A stretch of 64,000 nt of DNA from Eledone cirrhosa (taxonomy: Eukaryota): assembly GCA_964016885.1 (NCBI GenBank), contig OZ024741.1, positions 105,710,001-105,774,000 on the forward strand, read 5' to 3'. This document shows, piece after piece, positions 10,090 through 23,615 of this stretch. A program made the position numbers and the translations under genes. Position 1 is the stretch's first letter. Each line of letters starts with the position of its first letter. Below the pieces are notes generated by a model. That model was not told the DNA's origin. It searched no databases and saw only the letters and a list, made by a program, of their open reading frames with translations.

Positions 10090-12497
10090 AACACATAGAT
10101 GGGTCAGGTCATATTGTATGCTTCTGGCCAGGAATTCATCATCACAGCATTGTGCATTTCGTCATCTAAGTTGTTAGACTTAGTTTCTTAAGGTTGTATT
10201 TCACTACCTTGTTCCAAGTCTGAATCTGCCTCCTCCATGGGTCCCAGCAACTAAAATTTCTCTGCTTTTCTTTACGTAGCTTCTATTTCATATGCATCAC
10301 ACATGCCCATACCAACACAGTCTTCTCTCTTGCTCACTACATCCAATTCCTCTTATGCCAAGTTTTTTCTCGGTACTCTAACATTACACATCAATCAGAG
10401 CTTATTTGCTTAATTTTTTTCTAGCCTTCACAGATCTTCTATGGTCAAGGCCCATTTTTCACTGCAATGTACCATTGTAGTTCATATATGAGCATCATAC
10501 AGTCTACCTTTCACTCTGAGATGGAAACCCTTTGTTGTCAGTAGAGCTATCAGCTCTTTAAACTTCTTCCATCCGGATTAGATCACTTATGGAACTGTTG
10601 ACAACTTCTAAGGAATCTCCCTGACTACTGAAGAAATCTATTTCACATGTGCTTGTAGTGCTTACATTTCCTGTGTATCTCCCACATACAATGTCTATCT
10701 TTTCCATTAATCTGCTTGCAATCCTACTACATCTCTTGTGCGTCCATAAATTACACTGTGTGTACCTTATAGAATTTCTGCCCACCCCTGTCTGACATAT
10801 TGAACAAAGCCACTTCCCTGATGGTATCACCCTCCTGTCCTCTTTCCTACCTTTCATCTTTGTTAAGTTTACTTTTAGACTTTTCAACTCTAGGTTTTTC
10901 TTCCATGCTTGAAATTTTGTCTGTAACTCTCTTACAGATTCAACTATGAGGACTAGGTCATCAGCATATAAGAGCTCCCATGGAGTGCTAGTTTTAAACT
11001 CTTCAGTGATGGCCTGAAAGACAATGATAAACAGGAGTGGACTGAGTACTGAGCCCAAGTAGATACCGACCTGCACTTCAAATTGATCACTGTACTATTT
11101 GTCAATACTCACTCTGCTGGTTGCTCCTTTCTATATGGCCTGCTGGGCACTCACAAGCCATTCGTCTACACTTAGCTTCCTAAGTGCCCACCAGATTACA
11201 GATCATGGGACCAATCAAAGGCTTTCTCCATGTCTACAAAATCCAGATACAGTGAATTACTCTTAGCTAAGTACTTTCATGTCTTTAATTGCTTAATCTA
11301 TCCCATTGTTGTCAACTTTTATAGCTTTTATCTCTCAGTTTGGTCTGCATGGGGCAGGCCATCGTTGTCCCATTTATTCTTTTCATTCAGCAACATTTCA
11401 TAGTAAGTCTTCCATACTTCATTCTTTCCAGCATTAGACAGGGCAAGCGCTGCACTATAATTTCACATGCACTTTTCCCCAATCAGATCACAATTTTCTT
11501 TAGCACACTGTCTCGCAATCCAGAATTCTTCACGCCTCTGATCTTCATGATCCAGAACATAAACAACTTCTTTTCTGCATCTGCCCTTGATAGGCATGCC
11601 TAGTGTATGGCCTATCTTCTAGATATTTGGTATTGCTTCCTGTCTCTCCCTTTCCTCCAGTCTCTCCAGGCTTGTGTTTTTGTTTTTATGGCTCTACCTA
11701 CCTTAACATTGCACCACCACATCACTCTCCATCTTGTTGGGACATTGCACAAGCTGCAGAACTGGTTTGTGACTTCCAATAAGTTGTCCTTTAGGAATTC
11801 ACAGTTTTTCTCTATGCTATATATCTCCATCTTCTCTTAATGTCACAGGCATCAAGTAGGGTTTTCATGAATTTGTTACCTGCCACAGGTTCTCTTAGCT
11901 TCCAGGTTTTCCTTCTCCAGACTAGCTTTTGTCTCTTTGACTGTCTAGTCCTTATTCTAAGGTAACTGATAACTAATCTATGTTGAAAGGTGCTTCTTCC
12001 CCAGGAAAGACTTTGGCATTTACAAACATTTGCCTGTCCTATTTCCTGGTGAGGATGAGATCTATTTGGCTAGTATGCTCCCCTGATTGGTAGGTAATCA
12101 GGTGGATTGCTGGTTTCTTGAAGTTTGTGTTGCAGATCACAAGTCGAGAGCATCACCAAACTCCAGAAGCCTAGTCCCCTCTTTTCTTGGGCCATAATCA
12201 TAGCTTTTATATATGCCAGGGAATCTGTAAGGATGTTTCCCAACATGTCCATTGAAGTCACCAGCTATGATACTGTGATCACTAACATCTGTTATTGAGG
12301 TAGACTGCAGAAGAACCTCATAAAAATGGTCCTTTTGGTCGTCTGCATGTCTAGCTTGTGGTGTACATACAGGTAGTATAGTGGCTGTTGTATTACCCAA
12401 GCTAGTCTAAGTTTAATTATTCTCTTACATACTCTAACTACCTCAAATACCTGATGTAGCCATCTCCCAGCTAGGAGCATTCCTACTCCACCACCCC

Positions 12498-12500
<3 letters not shown>
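10090..12500 (-). mobile_element. Degenerate RTE-clade LINE (APE endonuclease + RT)
   Basis: Fragments IIAGDFNGHVG (EN, 12137-12400), GSVLSPLLF and LLYADDLVL (RT, 10558-11076), a Cys-rich insertion CSIC..CTQC..HKRC, and an RTE-like C-terminus near 10300. Many frameshifts. Confidence 0.85.
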
Positions 12501-12559
<59 letters not shown>

Positions 12560-12567
<8 letters not shown>

Positions 12568-13290
12568 TATGGGTGACTCCTGGTACTCAAGCCAGAGCAA
12601 TCAAAAAACAAAGAATTGAAGTAAGGTTAGGGTATATATATAGCATGTATGTACCTTTCATTCAAATGAAGGGACAAATCAGAAATGTCAGGCCTATGTG
12701 TGTAAAACTCATAATAGACATAGGTCAGGTGTAAAATGTAGACACCACACCCCTCACTCCAAAGCTGCTAACAGATTAAGTTCAGATGTAAAACGTAGGC
12801 ACCCTCCAAAGCTGGTAATAAATCCAGGCCAGATGTAAAATATAGGCTTGTGCAAAGTTAGGCTAGATGTCACCAAGTCAATAGTAGATCCAGGCCAGAT
12901 GTCACCAAGTTGGTAGTAGATCCAGGCCAGATGTAAAATGTAACCTTCCCCTCTCCAAAGCTGGTAACAGACCTAGACCTGATGTAAAATATAAGCCTGT
13001 GCTAAGTTAGGCCAGATGTAACCAAGCCAGTAGCAGATCCAGGTCAAATGTAAAATGTTGGTCCACATTTCAAACTGCTCATTAGATATTTTAGTAATTA
13101 GTACTAAATACATATGATTTACTTGTTGTTTACAGGTGTATACATGTGCATGTGGTGCATCTGGACATGTGGTGCATATAATATACTAACATGTAACAGA
13201 CTAGAATAAAAAACTTAAGGAGAGTAGCCTCTCCTGAAAACTATGGACTCTTATCAACTAGCTGACTCCTCACGTCTAGCCTTCCTCTAG
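12560..13290 (-). repeat. Degenerate tandem repeats, probable 5' region of the adjacent RTE
   Basis: Recurrent CCAGGCCAGATGTAAAA / CCAAAGCTGGTAA units at 12720-13060. Confidence 0.45.
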
Positions 13291-14074
13291 CTGGACATCA
13301 ATTCAATGAGTATTATATGTCAATATATCAATTACATCAAAACACCAATCTCTTGACATTCAGTGATCAAATCCTACCAGTTTCAGTTTTACATACTATT
13401 CTTACAAAAATCAATATAATAAGTGCCAATGTAGTATTGGGATGAATATAATCAATTATGCATTTCCCGCCAAAAGTTGCAACGTTGTAAGAGTTAGGAT
13501 GGTGATGGTGGTGGTGGTGGTCGAGTGTTGGACTAAAAGCTGTGTCATATTTAGCTGCTTCACTTTTTACATAGATCTTCAAATTGAGCATAAGATCATA
13601 ATCATCACAATTTAACATCCATTTTCCATGCTTACATGGGTTATTTGGCTGTCATGTACTGAGGCCAGACCGGTGGCTAGGTCATGCTAGTAGAATTTGT
13701 TTTGGCTTGGTTTCTACAGCTGGACGCCTTCCTAACACCAGCCACTTTACAGCATATACTAGGAGTATGGTTTCTATGACTGGAGGCCTTCCCTAACACC
13801 AGCCACTTCACAGCATGTACTAAAAGCATTTTTATTATGCCTCATGTACATGGGGGACTGGGTGTTTTTTGTGGCACCTGCACTACTACCTTACAGGGTG
13901 GACTGGCAGCTTTTGTCGTAGCTCCAGCACCACCCCATTACAACAGTAAGTTGTTGAAAATTCCATGGACATGTGTACACTTAATGTAATTCTTTGGCAA
14001 AATCAACAAGACATGGGGTATAATAAGGCTAACCCTTTGAATTACAGGTTCAATCTTTATTGTTGTGGCGCCTC

Positions 14075-14208
14075 CCCCCTATTGGGGATTTCGATTGTTG
14101 AAATTGTTTGTTTTTATATTTTTTTACACGACTGTATGTAAAATCCCCGGCATGTCTTTGTATTGTCCCCTTTCTTGTTGCGCCCTTGTGGCTAATAAAG
14201 AAATCAAT
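14075..14208 (+). mobile_element. L1/Tx1-like LINE 3'UTR fragment
   Basis: Inverse match to the 3' end at 20890-21030 (CCCCTATTGGGGATTTCGATTGTT...GCCCTTGTGGCTAATAAAGAAAT). Confidence 0.75.
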
Positions 14209-14249
14209 CTTTATTGTATTATAGCATGAATGACTGTGTATTCTACAGA

Positions 14250-14680
14250 TACATGTAGGGTAGGCCCTCATTGGTCATGAACGGCCATGGGTTTTGCAAT
14301 TAGAAAGTTCTCCTCCAAGGCACAAGATCAGGCAAGGTGTTTTTGTAGAAGACCAACAGTCACCCATACACATTAGTCTCCCCTCTCTATGCCACCAATG
14401 TAGTCCAATGGAAAGGGAAAGACTGATGCAGCTTGGCAACAGTGATGTCACAAATCATTTTTTTCCAGCTGAGTGAAGTGGAGCAACATGATATAAAGTG
14501 TTTTGCTCAAGGACACAATACACTGCCACTCTGGGATTCAAACTCACAACCTCATAATTGTGAGGCCAATGCTCTAACTACTAAGCCACACATCTTTGTA
14601 CAGACATGTGTACTCTTAATGTAATTCTCAAGGAGATTCAACAAGATGCAATGTGTGGCAAGGCTCTGTTTTACAAGTCA
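14250..14680 (-). mobile_element. SINE family B / SINE-LINE tail composite
   Basis: Antisense tRNA-like head 14530-14590 (GGGATTCAAACTC..CTAACTACTAAGCCAC) and TTGCTCAAGGACAC core. Confidence 0.65.
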
Positions 14681-15194
14681 GCTGTTCACTCAATGAAAAT
14701 GTAGTAAGAAAAATACAAGAGAAGGAGGATACCTACAGATCATTGATGAAGAGATTGTAGATCCAGTATCCAAGATACACGTTTAGTTTTAAACATATTA
14801 CTATTTGAGCAACAGGATATATACCAATCCACCTGGAGCAAAATATGACTGTACTTGGATTTGTGGAAAAAGAACGTAGCTCCTTAATTCATAAGCTACA
14901 AATGGCTGCAATATCTGTATCCTTCAAAATCTGTAAAACATTCTTATGATTCAAAGAATGAATAATTTCATAATAGACAACAAAAACTTCCTTTCTTTAC
15001 AACCTTGCCATCGGGAAGGTGGCTGGTCAAAGATAAACTTAAAATTAAGAGAAAGAGACAACATACATACACACATACATTCACTTACACACAGACACAC
15101 ATACAGAGCCCATCTCCTCTCCAGATCTGAAAACAACAAATTTCTCCCAGAAAAGGCACACGGGAGAGAGAGAGAGAGAGAGAGGAAAAACTGA

Positions 15195-15335
15195 CCTCAG
15201 TATTAGACTGGTACTATTTATTGACCTCGAAAGCATGAAAGGCAAAGTTGACTTTGGTGAGATTTGAACTCAGAGAGCAGAGAAACAAAACAAATACCAC
15301 AAAGCATTCTATCCAATGTTCTAACAACTCTACCA
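15195..15335 (-). mobile_element. SINE family A, diverged
   Basis: TGAAAGGCAAAGTTGAC..GATTTGAACTCAG. Confidence 0.75.
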
Positions 15336-15715
15336 ATTCATTGGCTATAGTTATATCACTAAATCCCTCCAAATTCTTCAATATTTTCAAAATTATTTGA
15401 TAATCATAGGCAATGCTTTTATAAGAAACATGGCAACAAAAGACTGTACTTGGATTTGTGGAAAAAGAACGTAGCTCCTTAATTCATAAGCTACAAATGG
15501 CTGCAATATCTGTATCCTTTAGTGATAGAATTTGATTTTGATTAAAATCAATCACTTCACCCACTTTAACACGTGTTGCCATGTGATGTCTTTGTTAGAA
15601 GACCATTCTTACTTATTATGAAGCAATGGAGCGCTCACTAAATGGCTTACATCCCTTACTTCCTCTATTCTCAGTTCAGAGTTTAAATCCCATTCAGGAA
15701 GATCAAATGGTGTTG

Positions 15716-16135
15716 ATTTAATTGATTATATACCCTACCTCTGGGATTTAATTCATTATATACCCTACCTCTAGGATTCAATTGATTATACACCCTACCT
15801 CTAGGTTTCAATTCATTATACACCCTACCTCTAGGTTTCAATTCATTATACACCCTACCTCTAGGTTTCAATTCATTATACACCCTACCTCTAGGTTTCA
15901 ATTCATTATACACCCTACCTCTAGGTTTCAATTCATTATACACCCTACCTCTAGGTTTCAATTCATTATACACCCTACCTCTAGGTTTCAATTCATTATA
16001 CACCCCACCTCTAGGATTTAATTCATTATACACCCTACCTCTAGGTTTCAATTCATTATACACCCTACCTCTAGGTTTCAATTCATTATACACCCTACCT
16101 CTAGGTTTCAATTCATTATACACCCTACCTCTAGG
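15716..16135. repeat. 30-bp minisatellite, about 14 copies
   Basis: Unit ATTCATTATACACCCTACCTCTAGGTTTCA, with homogeneous central copies. Confidence 0.97.
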
Positions 16136-16189
16136 GGACAGCTATATAAACCTAAACCTAACTCAGTGATATTGACATGAGAATTCCAG

Positions 16190-16781
16190 TGGTTTGATGG
16201 TTGTGGTAGTGGTGGAAGTGGTAGTGGTGAAGGTGGTAGTGGTTGGGGTGAGGGTGGTAGTGGTTGTGGTGATAGTGATGGTGGTGGCAGTGGTACGTAT
16301 TGTGATTGTAGTGAAGGTGGTAATGATAGTGATGGTGGTGGTAGGTATTGTGGTTGTGGTGAAGGTGGAAGTGGTTGTGGTGATAGTGGTGGGGTTGGTG
16401 ATAGTGGCAGTGGTGGTGGTGGTGGTGGTTGTGGTAGGTATTGTAGTTGTGGTGATGGTGGCAGTGGTTGAAGTAGTGGTAATGTTGGTGATAGTGGTAG
16501 TAGAGATGGTAGTGATAGTGGTTGTGGTGGTGGTGATTCTGGTGGTTGTGATGAGGTGATGGTTGTGTTGCATGATGGTGATGGTAGTGGTGATGGTGGT
16601 AGTGGTTGTAGTGGTGGTGATGGTAGTGGTGGTGGTGATGGTGGTAATGGTGGTGGTGGTGATAGTGGTGGTGGTGATGGTGATGGTATTGGTTGTGGTT
16701 GTGGTGGTAGTATTCTTTTGCTGACATGTTGATGGTGGTAGCTGTGGAAGCTGATGGCAACATTCTTAGTAGTAGTAGTAA

Positions 16782-16863
<82 letters not shown>

Positions 16864-16923
16864 GGTGGTGGTGGTGGTGGTGGTGGTGGTGGTGGTGGTG
16901 GTGGTGGTGGTGGTGGTGGTGGT
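16190..16923. repeat. (GTG/GTA)n trinucleotide low-complexity tract
   Basis: Degenerate GTG/GTA/GTT repeats ending in pure (GTA)n(GGT)n. Confidence 0.95.
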
Positions 16924-17639
16924 GTTTCGCATTAAATGTTAGGTAGAGGTGGTTGCGGGTATGGAATAAAGGGAATATGGGTTTATTAAGTGTGTAGAGG
17001 TAGATGGAGGGGAGAACGGCTAAGTCAATGGCGATCACACGCACCCATGCACTCACGCACACACATACACACATACACTGACATAGACGTACATAGATAT
17101 ACTCATATATATATATATATATAAACATACATACATACATACATATATACATGCATACATACATACAAAGACACACACATACAGATACACACACACTGAT
17201 ACACATGAGCACTAAAATGCCGGGATCTTGTCTGCTGCGGCTGGGCGGTGGTTGTGGTGGAGGAAGGCGTATGTCCACCGCCTGTCAGCTTCCTCGCATC
17301 ATCCCGAACAACAGAACTAGCAGAATTCACACACACACACACACATACACACATACACACGCACACACATGCTCATGCAAACACACACACGCATATGCAA
17401 ACACACGGAAACACAGACAAACATGAACACGCGCACACGCACATAGACATGCAATCACACACACATACACACACACATGCAAACACACAAAACAAAGAAA
17501 GGAAATAAAAACAAAAAAATTCAGTATCCATTCACTCCCTCTCCCTAGCACCCACCCTTACACAACCACAACGACCCACCCCCACATAAGACTTACCTCT
17601 GAAAACAGATGATTCTTCGGAACACGCGCATTCATACAT

Positions 17640-18049
17640 ACGTTCATACATACATACAAACATACATACATACATACATACATACATACATACATACATA
17701 CATACATACAAACATATACATACATACACACATATAGATAGATACATGCATACATACATACATACATACATACATACATACATACATACATACATACATA
17801 CATACATACATACAAACATATACATACATACATACACACATATAGATAGATACATACATGCATGCATAGATACATACATACATACATACATACATACATA
17901 CATACATACATACACATATATGATTACATATGTATGTATGTATGTATGTATGTATGATGTTCCTATATTGAAAAGTAACATTATACATACATACATACAT
18001 ACATACATACATACATACATACACACATATACATACATACATACATACA

Positions 18050-18080
<31 letters not shown>

Positions 18081-18323
18081 TTACATACATATATACATAT
18101 ATACATACACATATATGATTACATATGTATGTATGTATGATGTTCCTATATTGAAAAGTAACATTATAACCAATATCTGAACTCTACACAGAACATGGAA
18201 TCATTGTATGTGTGTAAAGTGTGATACTTACATCAATTGAATTATCTTGTCATTTTAAAACACACACACACACACACTCATGCATCTAAACCTGCACGTA
18301 CGCACGCACACACACGCGCACAC

Positions 18324-18357
<34 letters not shown>

Positions 18358-18367
18358 GTAGATAGAC

Positions 18368-18406
<39 letters not shown>

Positions 18407-18460
18407 AAATAGGTAGATAAATAGACAGATAGATAGGTAGATAGATAGATAGATACAAAG
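17640..18460. repeat. Compound (TACA)n/(TG)n/(GATA)n microsatellites
   Basis: Directly visible. Confidence 0.9.
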
Positions 18461-18730
18461 GTAAGTAGAAAAATGTGTGATCAGATCGTTAGACGGGGTG
18501 GATAGTTATATAATCGATCTATATAACAACGAAACAATAAATACAATATATAGGTAAATGAATTTTTTTAATCATTACCCCCACCCCGCCATAACCACCG
18601 CACTAAAATAAATTTAAAAAAAAAAAAATAAATTAAAAAAAAAATAAATAAATTAAAAAAAAAAATTATAAACCAAAAAAACTGGTGAAAGAATCAAAGA
18701 ACGAGAAATAAAGGATGATGAAGAATTTAC

Positions 18731-18796
18731 CTGCATGAGACGATGAAGCTCCAGCAGATCTTCTTCTGTTCCATCTCTGATACAATAAGACGCCAT
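18731..18796 (-). CDS. SAT2: First coding exon of a spermidine/spermine (diamine) N-acetyltransferase-like GNAT gene
   Basis: ATG...CAG|GTAAAT encodes MASYCIRDGTEEDLLELHRLMQ. It resembles human SAT2 [22 protein letters not shown] and SAT1 [22 protein letters not shown]. The 66-nt phase-0 exon matches, as recalled, vertebrate SAT exon 1. Downstream exons were not identified in the window, so the paralogue assignment is tentative. Confidence 0.7.
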
Positions 18797-18799
18797 TCC

Positions 18800-18879
18800 C
18801 GTAATGTTTATTGTGAAACTGAAAAATAATGGTTATCTTGTTCGGAAGTCGAAAAGCCGCGAACCGATTTGTCGGCGAG

Positions 18880-18882
<3 letters not shown>
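18800..18882 (-). promoter_or_regulatory. Putative 5'UTR/core promoter of the SAT-like gene
   Basis: CpG-rich unique island directly upstream of the ATG. TCAGTT (plus-strand 18817-18822) could be an Inr or part of a TTTTTCAG splice acceptor. Confidence 0.35.
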
Positions 18883-18970
<88 letters not shown>

Positions 18971-19414
18971 AAGGGGAAAGAGGTAGGGAGAGATAGGAGA
19001 GAGAGAGAGAGACAGATGGAGGGAGAGCGGAAGAGATAGGGAGAAAGAGGGGAAGAGATAGGGAGAAAAAGGGGGAAAGAGGTAGAGAGAGATAGGAGAG
19101 AGGGTGGGAGAGGGGGATGGAAAAAGATGAATAGAAATGGAGAGATGATAAGAGAGTAAGGGAGAGTGACAAAGTTCGAGGGGGAGAGAGATGGAAAGAG
19201 AAAGAGAGAGATGAAGAGAGATGACAAGAGAGAAAGTGGGAGAGATGGAGATAAAGAGGAGTGAGAGATAGGGAGATGGAAAGAAAAAGTGAGAAAAGAA
19301 GAGAGAGATGGAGATAGATAGATAGATGGAGAGAGGGGGCAGGGAGAGAGATGGAAAGATAGAGAGACAGAGAGAGAGGGAGAGATTAGAGAAAAACAGA
19401 GAGAGAGAGAGAGG

Positions 19415-19488
<74 letters not shown>

Positions 19489-19916
19489 GAATGGTGGAAA
19501 AACTAGCAGAAGAGAACACACACACACACACAATCACACACAGCTGTATGTTCATAGATACATATATACATACACACACATATAAACATACATACATACA
19601 TATACACATAAATACATACATACATATATACATACATATACACATACAAACATGCATACATATATACATACATATATGTATACATACATACAAACATACA
19701 CGCATTTAAACATACATACATATACACATACATACACATATACATACACACATACATACACATATGCATACATACATAAATACGTACACACTAACATACA
19801 CATATATACATGCATATAAACATATATACATACACACATACATACACATAGATACATACATATACACATAAACATACATACACTCTTACATGCATACACA
19901 TATAAACATACATACA

Positions 19917-19953
<37 letters not shown>

Positions 19954-20023
19954 ACATACATATATAGAGAGCCAAAGTATTAATTAAAGAGATGATGAGT
20001 GCTGAAATATAATGAAAGACGGA

Positions 20024-20071
<48 letters not shown>

Positions 20072-20072
20072 G

Positions 20073-20125
<53 letters not shown>

Positions 20126-20277
20126 GGTGGTGGTGGTGGTGGTGGTGGTAGTAGTAGTAGTAGTAGTAATGGTAGTAGTAGTAGTAGTAGCAGTAGTAGT
20201 AGCAGTAATAGTAGAAATAGTTGTAGTAATAGTTTTAGCAGTAGTAGCAGAAGTAGTAGTAATTGTATTAGCAGTAA

Positions 20278-20334
<57 letters not shown>

Positions 20335-20820
20335 CAGCAGCAGCAGTAGTAGTTGTAGTAGTAGTAGCAGCAGCAGCAGCAGCAACAGTGGTAGTAGTAG
20401 TAGTAGTAGTAGTAGAGAGAGGGGGTGGAAATGGGTTTGTGAAGAATTGCTTGGATTTATATTGAATGAGCAAGTGAATCTGTGTGTATATATGTGTACA
20501 TGTGTGTGTATGTGCGTATATATGTGTGCGTGTGTGTGTATGTCGTGTGTATTGTGTGTGTCTGCCAAGTGCATTGCGCGTATTGTATCTGAGTTGTGTT
20601 GTGTATGTGTGTTATGTGTGTTATATATGTGTTATGTGTTGTATGTATGTGTGTTGTATGTATGTGTGTTGTATGCGTATGTATGCATGTGTGTTATGTA
20701 TTGTATGTGTGTGAGTGTATGTGTTATGTATATTGCATGTGTGTATGTACGTGTTATGTGTACTGTATATGTGTGTGTGATGTGTGTGAATGTGTTGTGT
20801 GTATGTGTGAAGCGAATGCA
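18880..20820. repeat. Compound microsatellite/low-complexity block: (GA)n, (TA)n, (TACA)n, (GTA/GGT)n, (TG)n
   Basis: Directly visible; generates many poly-residue ORFs. Confidence 0.95.
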
Positions 20821-20889
20821 AGAGAGAGACAGTGAAATTAAACTAAAGAAAGGCAATGACGTTTTGGCAGACGACAGAGAGCTCGACAG

Positions 20890-21252
20890 ATATATTTCTT
20901 TATTTGCTACAAGGGCGCACAAGAAAAGGGGACAATACAAAGACATGCCGGGGATTTTACATAAGTCGTGTAAAAATATTGAAACAAACAATTATAACAA
21001 TCGAAATCCCCAATAAGGGGGAGGCGTCACAAATGGGTTGTTTAATACCCCGTCGATAGAACAACCCTCAACTTCAGGAGCGTGTTGTGCAATTGCTCCT
21101 TTCTTCCTTTTGCTCTCTTCTTTAACCTACAGGCTTATAAACAGAGAAGGCCCAATCACTCGGGCCATTTTCGCTTCATTCACCCACCTTTCAGTAAATT
21201 TACTGGGGTGCAGTGCCTCTCTCTCCATTCTGATTCTCATTCTAAAGTGGTA
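20890..21252 (-). mobile_element. L1/Tx1-like LINE 3' fragment
   Basis: Homologous to the ORF2 end and 3'UTR of 21265-23565, ending in AAATAAAGAAA. Confidence 0.8.
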
Positions 21253-21264
21253 TAGATAGATAGA

Positions 21265-23565
21265 TATCTTTCTTTATTTGCCACGGGGGCGTACAAAAAT
21301 GGGACATTAAAATCTTTAACAATGATAAATAACAATAAACTATATAAAAATAAAACAATTGAAATCCCCATTAGGGGGGGGGGGGTAACGCTACTGCGGG
21401 GTTGCTTTAAATCCCGTGGATAGAACAACCCTCAACACTAGGAACACGTTTTGTAGGTGTTCCCGTCTTCCCTCTGTTTATCTTCCTCAACCTACAGGTT
21501 TATACACAGAGAAGGCCCATTCACCCAGGCCATTTTCGCCACATTCACCCACCTTTCAGCGAATTTACTGGGGTGTAGCACCTCTCTCTCCACTCTCACC
21601 TTCCTTCTGAAGTGGTACTTAAAGAAGGGGATGAGTTGTTGTCCGGAGAGAAAGGTACTTGCCCTCAGTCCTTTTAACCTCGTCCACCATATTACCTCTT
21701 TCGCCATAGCCACCAGAAAGAGGAAGACCACGTCTCCTTCGTTAAATGAAGGCGGCGGCGTGATCCTCACGATGGACTCGGCTGACAACTGGATGCGTCC
21801 CACAGGTGACAGTAGCTGTTCGACATAATTCCACAGGTCGGTTACCCCTGGGCACTGAACAATTGCGTGCAGATCGGTTTCGATGTCCTGCTCGCATCTT
21901 GGACAGATCCTTTTGGCAGGATCTCTGCCAGGGCGTCCGTGCCTGTAGATTTTGTCTCGAACTGGTAGAGCTCCTCGGTAGCACTGCTAGGCCAGAGAGC
22001 TCTGGAAGTTATCCATAAGCCCTGGACGGAAAGTCCTCCCGAACAGACTGGTCAGTTCGTCTTCCTCGATGCCTAGAGTTTCCCCGAGAACGTCGTTACA
22101 CTTATCCTCCACTAATCCCATATAGAATGTCAAAGTGGAGTCTCCGCTGATTGACGTTTCCGCTTGGTAGAGGGCTGTGAGCGCCTGAAGGCACTCGAGG
22201 TGCCAGGCACCCATTTTTGGTCTTCGCTTGACCCAGGACTGCAGCTCTGTTAGTGAGACGAGTTGTGGAAGAGCTTGCCTCACAAACGACAGCCACACCG
22301 GTTCACCGGTCAGGAACACCTGGAGATTGCGTAGCCTCAGCGCGTGTTTGCGTATAATCAGCCATGGCATGCCCAGCCCTCCGTTAGAAGGGTCTTGACA
22401 GCAGATGGATCTCCTCACCAATGGAGCCTGTTTCTTCCAGAGGAACCTGAAGAGTAGGCGTTCCATTTTGGTGAGGTATTCGCGGGGACAAAGCACGACT
22501 GTCAAGCGGTAGTAGATGACGGACGCTATGTAAGTGTTCGCCACCTCTGCTCGACCTTTCAAGGAGAGTTTGCACTCAGCCCACTTCTGGGTGAGTGCAA
22601 ACACCTTCGCCGTTACCTCGTTCTAGTTCTTGTCCACCTGGAGGTCTGGACCGAACCAGACCCCGAGCAATTTCACCGGTCCTTCCGTCCAGCGTCCAAC
22701 GACACTGTCGGAAGGCATGGGTTTGCCTCTCCATGTGCCGAGTGGCAAACCGATAGACTTGTTTGGGTTTAGTCTTGCTCCTGTCAACGTTTTGTATTCC
22801 TGTAATAGGTTGTCGATTACCCTGATTTCCGAGGTTTTCGACACCATTACGGTTACGTCGTCGGCATAGGCCGACGCTGCTTTCTGCAAGCCTGGTTCGA
22901 TCGGGATGCCCTGCAACAGCTCCAATTTCTGCAGTAACGGCTTGAGATTCAGTACATACAGAATGGAGGAGAGAGGGCATCCCTGACGGATGGAACGCAT
23001 GATTTGGAATGGCTCTGATAGGTATCCATTCATCTTGACTGCCGAGAAGATGCTGGTGTGCATGGCAACGATCCAGCCTCTGAAGACGGGACCGAAGCCG
23101 GCCGCCTTGAGAACTGCTTCCAACTATTGATGGTCGACCCTATCAAATACCTTAGACTGATCTAAATTGATCAGAGCCCCACCAAAGCCAGGTTTACACC
23201 CTATCCTCTCTATGATGTATCGCATGAAGTGGAGGTTGTCGTGTATGGACCTGGTCGGGATTGCACACGTTTGGGCTTCCCCTACCAGGTTCTCGACTAC
23301 AAGCGCCAGCCTTGCTGCTAACACCTTGGCCAAAATCTTTAACTCTGTATTAAGCAGAGTTATGGGCCTGAAATTGCTTATCTCATCCCCCTTGTTCTCA
23401 TCTTTCCTGATCAGCGTTACTACGCCTCTGCCGACAGAACTGGGAATCCTCCCGTTCTGCTGCCAGTTGCAGTAGACCGCTTCGAGGACGCCAGAGAACA
23501 AGTCTGGCATGCCTATGTAAAACTCATAGGGTAGACCATCTAAACCGGGTGATTTGCGTTTCCCG

Positions 23566-23566
<1 letters not shown>
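21265..23566 (-). mobile_element. 5'-truncated L1/Tx1-clade LINE (RT + C-terminal Zn knuckle), decayed
   Basis: PGLDGLPYEFY; NFRPITLLNTELKILAKVLA; LDQSKVFDRVDH; IRQGCPLS; AYADDVTV; GGLGMP; C-terminal CPRC...HAIVQC. Flanked by (GATA)n on both sides. Confidence 0.92.

Positions 23567-23615
<49 letters not shown>

Noticed and set aside
13367-13618. ORF with a His tract as a possible SAT exon
   Set aside because: No GNAT motif match; the His run derives from a (TGG)n repeat.
15105-15140. Minus-strand acceptor followed by ATCTGGAGAGGAGATGGG, faintly like SAT exon 3 (DLLEDG)
   Set aside because: It needs a frameshift and runs straight into a microsatellite.
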